The notes under the pieces: model-generated
Told to the model about the DNA's origin: nothing
The model's input: the letters and a program-made list of their open reading frames with translations, nothing else
Database searches by the model: none
Shown: positions 38,775-47,599 of the stretch, one piece after another
Layout of the letters: every line of letters begins with the position of its first letter
Position numbering within the stretch: the first letter of the stretch is position 1
Program-made: the position numbers and the translations under genes
Origin: an uncultured virus (IMG/VR IMGVR_UViG_3300042989_000017)
Lineage: Duplodnaviria > Heunggongvirae > Uroviricota > Caudoviricetes
Reading direction: 5' to 3' (one strand)
Virus record (IMG/VR): IMGVR_UViG_3300042989_000017
Length of the DNA: 64,000 bases

Positions 38775-39047
38775 GGGGGTAAAAATAAAACTAGTATTTT
38801 TAGACAAAGTATGAGTTGTACAAAAAATGAGCGAAAAATAAAAAAAATAGGGTATTGACATTTCTCGTTTGTACATTTTTTGTACAGCAAAATCTTATAA
38901 AAAAGGTTAGGAAGCGGTACATTTTTTGTACAGAAAGTCGAGAAAATCGCTCAGTTTCTATACAGTTAATATACAAGTGTATAGAAACTATTGCTTAAAA
39001 AATAGGCACTTCACACTTTTGACAAAAATGCTAGTTTTATTTCACCC
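38775..39047. repeat. AT-rich element with imperfect terminal inverted repeats and internal repeats
   Basis: AAATAAAACTAGTATTTTT (38783-38801) / AAAAATGCTAGTTTTATTT (39024-39042); GTACATTTTTTGTACAG at 38871 and 38917. Confidence 0.7.
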
Positions 39048-39916
39048 TATTTTTTAGGTGGAAACTTGAGTGGGCAAATCTCTGACTATCTATAGCAAAT
39101 TTTTAATTGGTGGTTTTTCAGTTTTCGGATTGTTAAAATGCGGCGATTTAAGGCGTGTCTCAAGGGTTAGGGTATAGTCGGATACCTTTTTAGCTTTTAC
39201 TAGAGCTTAAACGCGATTTTGGAGCGTATAGGCTGCTTTTGCAGAGGTCATTTTAGGGCTGTTTGCCATTGGTGCGATACTGGTAACGGTATCGGGCTGT
39301 GGAAACGGGCTGTTTTTACGGTTTCGGACTGGGTCGAAGGGGGTTCTAAAGCTGTGTTAAGAAGACACCTGTCTAATATACAGCTTTCCAAAAGACTTTC
39401 ACTAATAAGAAAAAAGCCATATTTTAATTTCTTATATTTTTCTAAATTCTCTATTTTTTTCCCAATGACATCTTTTTTTTTTCTCACATATCAGGTAGGT
39501 GTTAAAAACACACAAAAATTTATTACTCGCTTTTACCGCTTAAAACAATTAACCCTACTGGCTATTTTGCCGCGTTACCCGTTACTACTTATGGCCAAAC
39601 TGTCTCACCTAAACGGCAACCGTTACCTGTCACCTTTACGGCTTGGGTTAAAGAGTTAGGAAAACGTAACCGTTACCCGTTACTAGCTACTGACAAAAAG
39701 TTTTGAAAAACTGCTAATTCGCGGTCTCAAAAATATTTTGAAGAGCCTGTGGTTCGCGGTCTTATCAGTAAACGGGTAACGTGTACCGATAACAGTAAAC
39801 GGTAAGACCGCCCCCATTACCCCGTCAAACGTCCTACGTTCACGTTTAAGCCGCGTTAAAACGTGAAGATATAGGTGAGTGCAGGTAACGTGCTGTTAAA
39901 ACGTAAACAAGCAAAA

Positions 39917-39951
39917 CAAAAAGCCTAACTAATTAAAGTATAGGCTTTTTG
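39917..39951. terminator. Bidirectional intrinsic terminator
   Basis: CAAAAAGCCTA/TAGGCTTTTTG with U-tracts on both strands. Confidence 0.65.
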
Positions 39952-40037
39952 TTGTTACCTTTACCATTAAACGCCTTAGAGCAGCGTTTAATGGTAAAGG
40001 TAAAAGAGTCACTTAGTAACTCTTTTACGGTCTTGAG

Positions 40038-40769
40038 TTACGCGGCCTTAACGGCGCGTAACTCAAGAATCAGTGAAAACTCAACAATGAGGGCTTGCAA
40101 GCCCTCATTGTTGAGGGTAGCGGCGGCGGCACGGATGACGCCTAAAGCGTCAAAGTCGGCGGCGACGTTTAGCGCGTCAAACGCGCTAAACAAAGGGAGG
40201 ACATCGTCCTCCCATTCTTGAGAGGCCGTTTTAACGGCCTCTTTTACCCCTTGTGAGGCCGTTAAAACGGCCTCACAGAAGGTGGCCAACGTGTCGCCAT
40301 CCGTAGACACGGACGGCGCGGGGATTGCATCAAGCCGCGCCTTGTGCGCGTCTTGTTCCATTTTGGCCGCGCTTTTAAGCGCGGCCTCCCTGCCTTGACC
40401 AATGAGGGCTTTTACACCCTCACTGGTTAAGCCACCAGTGAGGTGTTGGTACACCTCACTGGCCTCTAGGACCTTGCTTTTAGGGAGGGCTTGCACACCC
40501 TCCAGGGTCTCTATTGAGACCCCTTTTCCTGACTTAATCTCTTTGATTGCTACTGCAATCAAAGAGATTGAACGGCCTTGCACAAGGCCGTTTAATTGGA
40601 CGGCTGTCACGCCGTCCAACACGTTTTTTAGCTTGGCACTAAGTGCCAAGTCTAAAGAAAGGGGGTTATTTTTAACCCCCTTAGCAAAGGCTGTTAAAGC
40701 ACTGGCAGATTTGCCAGTGTTTGACGCATTGGCAAGAAACGCCAACACGCCTTGAGCGGTTAATTTCAT
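40038..40769 (-). CDS. 243-aa Ala/Leu-rich hypothetical protein whose coding sequence is tiled with hairpins
   Basis: AAGGAA RBS and AAAATG start as in the other early genes; about 20 inverted repeats inside the ORF. Confidence 0.7.
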   Translation of the reverse strand: MKLTAQGVLAFLANASNTGKSASALTAFAKGVKNNPLSLDLALSAKLKNVLDGVTAVQLNGLVQGRSISLIAVAIKEIKSGKGVSIETLEGVQALPKSKVLEASEVYQHLTGGLTSEGVKALIGQGREAALKSAAKMEQDAHKARLDAIPAPSVSTDGDTLATFCEAVLTASQGVKEAVKTASQEWEDDVLPLFSAFDALNVAADFDALGVIRAAAATLNNEGLQALIVEFSLILELRAVKAA

Positions 40770-40789
40770 TTTAACAATTCCTTAACAAA

Positions 40790-41555
40790 GTATTCGATAT
40801 TGAATACCTTAAAAAGCCTAACATAAGCCTTTTAAGGTATCACACTCACGTCTAACTATTAGCGTGAGTGTGAAAATACTTGGGACAAAGTGCTGATATT
40901 TTACCCGTCACTTTGTCTCTTAGCTAGTCAGCCCTTAAAGCCTTTCGCTTTAATAGCTATACTCTCACCTATCGTCAAATTATGACTGTACCGCGTGAGT
41001 TGCAGTGTATTACAGTGTGTGGAGGGGCTTGCCAAGCGACAATCACTAACTGCATATAACATCTAGTTTTTACTTGTCTTGTGTCAGTAATAGACACGAC
41101 TCACCCTAAGAACAGGGTTTTAGTAACGGCACTAAGAAAGCCGTTTTTCTTCTATCGTGTTCTGTTCTTAGTAGTTAGCTGCCTTCATTTTGTTACCCAA
41201 TGGTAGCAATCTGAGTAAATCAGATCCCGTAACGGGATCAACTGGCTATTGTCGCCGCTCTCACGAACGACATACTTTTGCACAAGATTGCCAAAACAAT
41301 CCACCACTAACAGCATGGTGTCGTGGTAATCATTTACTTCGTACATAGTCTTAGTCTCTTAGTAGTTAGTTTATCTATGCACTAAAACAATGCACAGATT
41401 GCTAACCACTAAGAACAGAACACGATAAACTGTTAAAGAACACGTTAGGCCATCAATAGTTGCCTAACTCTTTATACTGCTAAGTGTATGATATTATCAC
41501 ACACTTAGCAAGTATGCAATTGTAACTGTTTGTAAGTGTTACAATCGCATCCATA
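40790..41555 (-). ncRNA. Large structured leader/ncRNA candidate (~770 nt)
   Basis: More than 15 local hairpins plus a 27-bp long-range helix 41153-41179/41401-41427; no ORF; begins at the predicted sigma54 start. Confidence 0.55.
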
Positions 41556-41565
41556 CAGTACATAA

Positions 41566-41582
41566 TGCAGTTACCATGCCAA
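41566..41582 (-). promoter_or_regulatory. sigma54 (-24/-12) promoter
   Basis: TTGGCATGGTAACTGCA = GG-N10-GC. Confidence 0.7.
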
Positions 41583-41597
41583 GTATGCAATATATCG

Positions 41598-41610
41598 TAA
41601 GTCGTTGATT
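41598..41610 (-). promoter_or_regulatory. IHF binding site
   Basis: AATCAACGACTTA matches WATCAANNNNTTR, about -43 to -55 from the predicted start. Confidence 0.7.
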
Positions 41611-41654
41611 TATATGGGGTTTATTTTAAGGTGTTTTTCTTGACACTGTAAAGA

Positions 41655-41751
41655 CGTTACCTTGTAACGGTATATGTGTTACCTAGGTAACACAATGTGT
41701 TACCGAAGTGTTACCTAGGTAACACTTTTAAGAGTTGTAACATACGTTACA
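41655..41751. promoter_or_regulatory. Palindromic enhancer-like (UAS) sites
   Basis: TGTGTTACCTAGGTAACACA (41675-41694) and AAGTGTTACCTAGGTAACACTT (41706-41727), plus weaker GTTAC/GTAAC dyads. Confidence 0.6.
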
Positions 41752-41930
41752 CGTTATGTAATGAAGGCATACCGTTACACTGTGACAGTGTAGACTGACA
41801 AGGGGCATACCTTAATATAGGGCTAACAGCCACTATCTCGGGTGCTGTCCCAAAAGTACCCGTGTTAAAAAATTTCGATTTACAAGGTGCGATTCTCACA
41901 TAAATAGAAAAGGATTCGGCAACCGTATCT

Positions 41931-42002
41931 CGTTTACGGCAACAGAGTCCTTAGAGCTTTTACTTTTACTTTTACTTTTACGTTTACGGCAACAGAGTCC
42001 TT
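41931..42002. repeat. 22-bp direct repeat flanking (CTTTTA)4
   Basis: CGTTTACGGCAACAGAGTCCTT at 41931 and 41981. Confidence 0.85.
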
Positions 42003-42073
42003 CAAAACAAACCGTTTAGCTATCCAACCTAACCCCCCATCTCCAGAGCCCTTATTCCCTGCCCCCTCAAGCC

Positions 42074-43060
42074 TCAAACCTCAAACCTCAAACTTTTCCG
42101 TCCTCGTATAGCCTCCCGTTTCACAACTCCCGAACCCAACCCACCCCCCTTAAAGCTCTCCTTTAAACCTTTCCCCTCCCCTGTTGAGCTTCTTTTTACC
42201 CAGTGGCGAGGGTTCAAATCTAAATAGTCTGTCATGTCGCAGATGTTAAGCCAATTTTTACCGAACAATAGCTTTTTCACATCTTCATCTCGACCCTTAA
42301 ATATTAAACGCCCTCTAGGGTACTTCCAATAGCCTGTCTGTCTGCTGTAACCCCAAGACCCCCAAGACCCCCCAAAGAACCATTTTCCCGAAGTGGGGTT
42401 AAAGGTCTCCACTAACGGAAAACCAAGCTCAATCAGGTTAGGGGTCTTCTTTAACTTCGCTAAGTTCGGGAGGATTGATGAACCCCTCTCAGCCTGCCTC
42501 ACGAACACAGAACCTAAGCTGTCATTATCCAAAACAGGAAAGAATAAACCCCCTTGTTGGATTAACCATTTGAGGGCGTTTGCCGACTCTCGTACCCCTT
42601 CCGCAAGCCTCTCTGGAGTGACTTCTAAAGGGTGTATCTTCTCAAAAACCAGTTCAGCGAGGTCAAGATTCTCAAGAAGGTAGTCTCCATTAGGGAATAA
42701 AGTACAGAGGTTCTGTAAATGTTTCTTTAAGGCTATACCCCTTTTGGCTTCAGGAGCAAAAGTAAAGTCCTGCCCACCTATAACCAGTTTTCGCTTCAGT
42801 AAAACAGCAATCATCTGCCTTACAGAGACGTGTGGGCTGTGAGACATAATTGTTGTTAAAAGAGATTGTCTTTTTACTAGCTTTACCTGCATCACCAGCT
42901 CGCGGCTCAAATCTTCCGATAACCGAGGCACGACTTGGATTAACTCCAAACGGGTCATAGCTGCTATTTTGGATACCTCTGTAGGGATAAGCAGGTTTGA
43001 GTCAGCTCGCTTCGGCCCCCGTTTCTTCCCTGCAACTAGTTCGTTTTCTGCTAATATCAT
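42074..43060 (-). CDS. Hypothetical basic protein
   Basis: 328-aa ORF with GAGGA RBS. Confidence 0.65.
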   Translation of the reverse strand: MILAENELVAGKKRGPKRADSNLLIPTEVSKIAAMTRLELIQVVPRLSEDLSRELVMQVKLVKRQSLLTTIMSHSPHVSVRQMIAVLLKRKLVIGGQDFTFAPEAKRGIALKKHLQNLCTLFPNGDYLLENLDLAELVFEKIHPLEVTPERLAEGVRESANALKWLIQQGGLFFPVLDNDSLGSVFVRQAERGSSILPNLAKLKKTPNLIELGFPLVETFNPTSGKWFFGGSWGSWGYSRQTGYWKYPRGRLIFKGRDEDVKKLLFGKNWLNICDMTDYLDLNPRHWVKRSSTGEGKGLKESFKGGGLGSGVVKREAIRGRKSLRFEV

Positions 43061-43075
43061 GGCTTTCCTCTTCCG

Positions 43076-43807
43076 TTACGGCTTTAAGAAGTCTTCTGGT
43101 GAGACTAAACCACCTACTTTTGGCTTATAACCGCCCCACTTTGAGGCGTAATGGCTTCCCTCAAGGCGCACAACTGCACAAAGTTCCGATATATCCCCGA
43201 AATTTATCGTCTCATATACCGTTTTAGCCCAAAATTTAAGCAAACTCAGCTCGTGAAGCCGTGTCATTTCCTCGGGTCTGACCAGTGTTTTAAGGTACTG
43301 GCCATGCAGGGGTAAGGTGTCTTCCTCATCCAAAACCATGATTAGCGGCCTTAAACGAGGCAACCGAGACAGTTCCCGTAGACTTTTACCCCCAAGTTTC
43401 AAACTTTTGGCTGAAACCAAGACTGGTAGGAGGTTCGTTTTCGTTAAAACAGACCGAAAATCGGTAAAACCCATCGCAAACGGCTCTCGTGTGTGGAAAA
43501 CAATCGGCTCTTCGTCCACGATAACGACTGGCGGCAAATCTCCCAGTTCCTCTAAGTAAGGTATCGGCAACAGAGGGCGAACTCGTCTATAGCACTCGAT
43601 GTCGAACTCGCGCCAGAGGTTTTCGTTGATGTTCTCCAGCATCATGTTACTGATTTGTAACAGAGAAGGCATCCCTGTAAGCCTTCTAAAACCCTGACTT
43701 GCGAAATTAGGGGTTAAAGGTACTACTGCATGGCCGAGGTTTAAACGGACTGAGCCTGTTTGGAAGTTAATTTCCACGCCACTCCCTAAATGCTCTTGGG
43801 TTCTCAT
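43076..43807 (-). CDS. Hypothetical protein
   Basis: 243-aa ORF, ATGA-coupled to the primase gene. Confidence 0.65.
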   Translation of the reverse strand: MRTQEHLGSGVEINFQTGSVRLNLGHAVVPLTPNFASQGFRRLTGMPSLLQISNMMLENINENLWREFDIECYRRVRPLLPIPYLEELGDLPPVVIVDEEPIVFHTREPFAMGFTDFRSVLTKTNLLPVLVSAKSLKLGGKSLRELSRLPRLRPLIMVLDEEDTLPLHGQYLKTLVRPEEMTRLHELSLLKFWAKTVYETINFGDISELCAVVRLEGSHYASKWGGYKPKVGGLVSPEDFLKP

Positions 43808-46248
43808 ACACTACCCCCTTTCTTAACAGGCAACCCTACCCCGTGGTAAACAGCCGCACCCGTAGCTTCATTCATTTCAATCTCAAACCCCATGCTTAGG
43901 CTGAGTTCTCTCATGCGTAGGCGGAACTCGCCAATGTTCATCATCTTGACTGAGCCGTGGGTTAATGCCCAAGACCAGAAAATCTCGTAGACTCTCTTCT
44001 CAGGGATTTGCGCGTTAGGTGTGAACGACAGCTCGTTTGAGTTCTTAACAAAAGCTCTTACGATATTGTTAATACACGCCATCTCCTCCATAATCTTGGT
44101 GTGCGACCTTGGTAAAGTATAGCCTTGCTGCGCTAACACTCTTGGCATAGCTTGGATCGCCCACGCTGTAATCATCTCGCGTTCCTGTAAAATAATTTTT
44201 CCTGCGATGTCGAGTTCGATTTTAGAGTCGGGAACGGGTCTGTTGAAGGTTAAAATTAACCAACGGCGGTTAAAGCCCTCGCTTGAGTCCTTCGTCTTTG
44301 GCAGCGGGTTAGAGCCAAACCAGTGTGTAGCTGTGATTTGCGCTCGAAACGGATCGCCATAAGGTTTACGGCAGGTGATCTCAGACCCGTCCATAATCTC
44401 TTTAAACTTCTGGCCGTCAATTCGCTTCTCCTCAGACAACTCCCCCGCGATGTTCAGCAGCTTGCCTACCATGTGGGCGGGCGAGTAGGGGTCTCCCCAA
44501 GCGTTCGGGCTTACCGCAGACCTTGCCTCATCGCTGACTAGCGCACTCGCAATACTGAGCAACTGGCTTTTACCTGACTTGGCCACGCCTTGCAGTAAGA
44601 TAACCTTCTGGAACTTGCTTCCCCAACCAAATAATGTCACCAAGAGAGCTTCCTGTAAGGCTTGAACCTTCTCCATAAAGTCTGAATCACCGCCCCAGCA
44701 CGTCTCTAAAAAGTCGGAGAACAGCGGCGCATCGTGGTGAAGATTAACCCCCCCTGCTGAAGCGATATAGCGAAACGGTAGCGTGTACATCATCCCGTAC
44801 TCAGGTTTGTGGGGCAGCAATTCCAGTTTGTCAGTTAGGAAACCGTTGACGAAGTTCACACCTTGCAGGTGAGATTTTTTTATCTCTTGAGGGCTTAAAC
44901 TTTGCATCAATTCCAATATGCCTTTCAAGTCACCGTTGCGCCTTGCCGCGTCGTAAGTCCCGTAGTTTTGGCTGATGTGGCGAATAAGCCAAGCATCCCT
45001 GATGGTCTCCCAATGGCTGCCGTTGAACTTCCAGAAATCCCCTTTATCGAAAGCGAAATCGAAAAGCACCTCCATGTCCTGTAACACTGCTTCGGCAATC
45101 TCTGAATGGTTTGCGCCAGCCATGCCGTCTTCTTTTCTCGTCTCATTTATCTGTTTATTGAGGGTGCCAATCTTGACCCCCAGCCCGCTCTCCTTAACAA
45201 TCAAGCTTAGAATTCTATCTACTTCCATACGATTTAAATTTTTGGAGTGAGCCATCTTGCGTAGAATCTTATCTGTGGCTTCCATACTTATGGTTGTACC
45301 TAACCCCTCATCTTGGGTGAAAACCTCCTTTAAAAAATCAACAATCTCAATGCACCGCCACTCTTCGGTATCTCGGTCAAAGTTAATGTTCAGGTTTTTC
45401 TTTTCTTCGTCGGATAGTCCTGTGTCCCAGCCTTCAGGCAGGATTTTCTTCTTTTCCATTACATCACGAGTCAGGAAACGAATCAGGTTACGCTTATGTT
45501 TCTCAATATCCATTGAATCGCCAACGACGTTTTGGATAAACTCATTTGCGTAAGACTGTAGCATTCCTAACGCTTCCAGCAGCGTTCTCTCACCACGCAT
45601 TACCGCCATAGCAAACAGTCCCGCCTTCTCCGTCAGGTTTGTATCACGACTTCCCGAGCTAACATACTCCGTCAACTTTGAATGGCCACTGCGGGACAGA
45701 ACGATACCGTAATTGCTTATTACCGCCCTGAGTTTTTCCTCAATGTCGGGTTGGAGTTTCGGCAAGGAATCGACAACCGTGAACAGGTCGCAGTTTGCCG
45801 TGTACGGTAGTTTCGTCTCAGGGTGGATGGAAGCAGGTAAAACAACCTGCGTTTTCTCAGACAGCAGTTCGCAAATTGTCTCACCAGTCGCCGCTTTAAT
45901 GCGGAAAGTTTTCTGCCCACTGTAAGCGTAAGCGAGAACCTTACCCTTCTTACCGTAGCGTATCCACGGTGATTTCGGCAAAGCTTCTTCAATCAGCCGA
46001 ATTAGGCTTTCATCAGTCGTGTCGATGTCGAGGGCGATAACCCGCGACTGTTTGCCAAGAGGTAAGCCGATGTTACCGTTCGGGTATTGCTTCAGCCAGT
46101 TTGTTCGCGTTTGTTCGTCAGGCATTGAATCGTGAAAATTCTGCCAGCCTAGCGGCACTGGCACCTTCGCCATAGAACGGAGAGGGATAACAGGCATACC
46201 TGCTTTCCAGTAGTTCGGAGCGGTATCAGCAAAGATATTTTTGGACAT
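43804..46248 (-). CDS. Primase-polymerase fused to a D5/P4-type SF3 helicase
   Basis: VIPL....K.P...W, GNIG...LDID, LPASIHP; G.AKSGKS, GEL, D.S.GF.RR. Confidence 0.92.
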   Translation of the reverse strand: MSKNIFADTAPNYWKAGMPVIPLRSMAKVPVPLGWQNFHDSMPDEQTRTNWLKQYPNGNIGLPLGKQSRVIALDIDTTDESLIRLIEEALPKSPWIRYGKKGKVLAYAYSGQKTFRIKAATGETICELLSEKTQVVLPASIHPETKLPYTANCDLFTVVDSLPKLQPDIEEKLRAVISNYGIVLSRSGHSKLTEYVSSGSRDTNLTEKAGLFAMAVMRGERTLLEALGMLQSYANEFIQNVVGDSMDIEKHKRNLIRFLTRDVMEKKKILPEGWDTGLSDEEKKNLNINFDRDTEEWRCIEIVDFLKEVFTQDEGLGTTISMEATDKILRKMAHSKNLNRMEVDRILSLIVKESGLGVKIGTLNKQINETRKEDGMAGANHSEIAEAVLQDMEVLFDFAFDKGDFWKFNGSHWETIRDAWLIRHISQNYGTYDAARRNGDLKGILELMQSLSPQEIKKSHLQGVNFVNGFLTDKLELLPHKPEYGMMYTLPFRYIASAGGVNLHHDAPLFSDFLETCWGGDSDFMEKVQALQEALLVTLFGWGSKFQKVILLQGVAKSGKSQLLSIASALVSDEARSAVSPNAWGDPYSPAHMVGKLLNIAGELSEEKRIDGQKFKEIMDGSEITCRKPYGDPFRAQITATHWFGSNPLPKTKDSSEGFNRRWLILTFNRPVPDSKIELDIAGKIILQEREMITAWAIQAMPRVLAQQGYTLPRSHTKIMEEMACINNIVRAFVKNSNELSFTPNAQIPEKRVYEIFWSWALTHGSVKMMNIGEFRLRMRELSLSMGFEIEMNEATGAAVYHGVGLPVKKGGSV

Positions 46249-46292
46249 AGCTTTGTTTTCTCAATCGGCGGTCTTCCTTGACCTTGTTAAGT

Positions 46293-46829
46293 CTAGATCG
46301 CGCCGTAAATTTCTTCGTAATCCGCCACTACTTTGCGTAGGGTTTCTTCAATGTTGTCAGGCAAAGGTTTTAAGCTTGCCTCATAAAGTGGGTAGTTTTC
46401 AACGTAAGGTTGCAAGCTCGTCGGGTGTAAGCTTGGAGCTAGAGCAAGCTGTCTGCGGTTTGAGATCAACTCGCACACCACCTTGCCTGCCTTGCTTTTG
46501 ATGAGGAAAGGGGCTGTGTGGTTAAACTTGAATGCCAACGCTTTACCTTTGTGGCCACAGCGTATCCACGAGGTTGTGCCTTCTAAAGCTGTTTGGATGA
46601 AAGCTGAAAGGTCACAGTTAACGTCGATGTCCAAAACCTCGATGCCTGATACCTCACCAAGTAACAGGCCAATGTTACCGTCAGCGTAATCGGTTAGCAG
46701 TTGCGGGTCTTGAGAAGGCGTTTGCCAGTTAGTAACAGCGGGAATTTTACTTGCTTTGTTTAGTGGGATTACAGGTAAGCCAGCGTTCCAGTAAGCAGGG
46801 GCTGTATTTGCAAAAATGTTGTTTATCAT
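46293..46829 (-). CDS. Stand-alone Prim-Pol domain, paralog of the primase N-terminus
   Basis: NIFANTAPAYWNAGLPVIPL vs NIFADTAPNYWKAGMPVIPL; GNIG, LDID, PSLHP. Confidence 0.8.
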   Translation of the reverse strand: MINNIFANTAPAYWNAGLPVIPLNKASKIPAVTNWQTPSQDPQLLTDYADGNIGLLLGEVSGIEVLDIDVNCDLSAFIQTALEGTTSWIRCGHKGKALAFKFNHTAPFLIKSKAGKVVCELISNRRQLALAPSLHPTSLQPYVENYPLYEASLKPLPDNIEETLRKVVADYEEIYGAI

Positions 46830-46846
46830 GGTAGTTTCTCTCTGAG

Positions 46847-47059
46847 TTAAGTTAAATCAATTTCTGTTACTTCAATCACCATCGGTTGTTTGTTTTTCTC
46901 AACCGTTATTTTCGTAGCTGGGTGCAAGTCTCCAACCTCCCCGCAGCCGACCCGTTCCTCATAACCAATCTCTTGAGCGGATTCTGCATCTTCCGCCCAC
47001 ACCTCATGGCAAACGTAGCCGACAACAGGTACTAAGACCTTAAATTTCTTCTTCATCAC
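46847..47059 (-). CDS. Hypothetical protein
   Basis: 70-aa coupled ORF. Confidence 0.55.
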   Translation of the reverse strand: MMKKKFKVLVPVVGYVCHEVWAEDAESAQEIGYEERVGCGEVGDLHPATKITVEKNKQPMVIEVTEIDLT

Positions 47060-47517
47060 ATACTCTCCAAAGCTTTCATAAACTCATTACGTTGGTCGGG
47101 GTCTAAGTACGCACCGATTGTGTTAATCACAATCTCGCGGAACTGTCCGTATTTCTTCACTTCGCTTGCGCGTTCTAGTTGACCGAGAAGTTTCTCCAGC
47201 AACTGCGTCCGTGTCTTAATGGCGTTAAGGATTTCGCCTGTGTCCAAACTGCCATCGTTCTCCACAACAAAGTCAGCCAGTTCGTCGTACAGTGCGCGAG
47301 TTTCCGCCTCTAAATCCAAAGTAGTTCCCGCCTTAACCCGCTCTTTTTTTACTTTAAGGCTGCCACTCGTGAAAAGATGTCGTAAGTTTGTTACTATCTC
47401 CTCAGAGTAATTAGCATTAGCGAGATAGTCCTCGCCTTCGGTCTGTATTGCTGCTTTGACAACGAGCAAAGCGCGGAGTGACCCCTCCTGAAGCGGAGGG
47501 TAGTAATGTTTAGCCAT
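47056..47517 (-). CDS. Hypothetical helical protein (possible terminase small subunit)
   Basis: GAGGA RBS; adjacent to and divergent from terL. Confidence 0.5.
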   Translation of the reverse strand: MAKHYYPPLQEGSLRALLVVKAAIQTEGEDYLANANYSEEIVTNLRHLFTSGSLKVKKERVKAGTTLDLEAETRALYDELADFVVENDGSLDTGEILNAIKTRTQLLEKLLGQLERASEVKKYGQFREIVINTIGAYLDPDQRNEFMKALESM

Positions 47518-47599
47518 TTGTGTGTCCTCTGTGGGTGAAGTAAGATTACTTTTTAAGAGGTGCGAATGCAACACCTTTTTACATTAGAGCAACAAAACT

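Noticed and set aside
39219..39659. ORFs 39219..39659(+) and 39248..39487(-)
   Set aside because: Low-complexity AT-rich control region, no convincing RBS or protein features
39949..40755. + strand ORFs 39949..40221 and 40402..40755
   Set aside because: Shadows of the - strand gene, favoured by its palindromic sequence; no RBS
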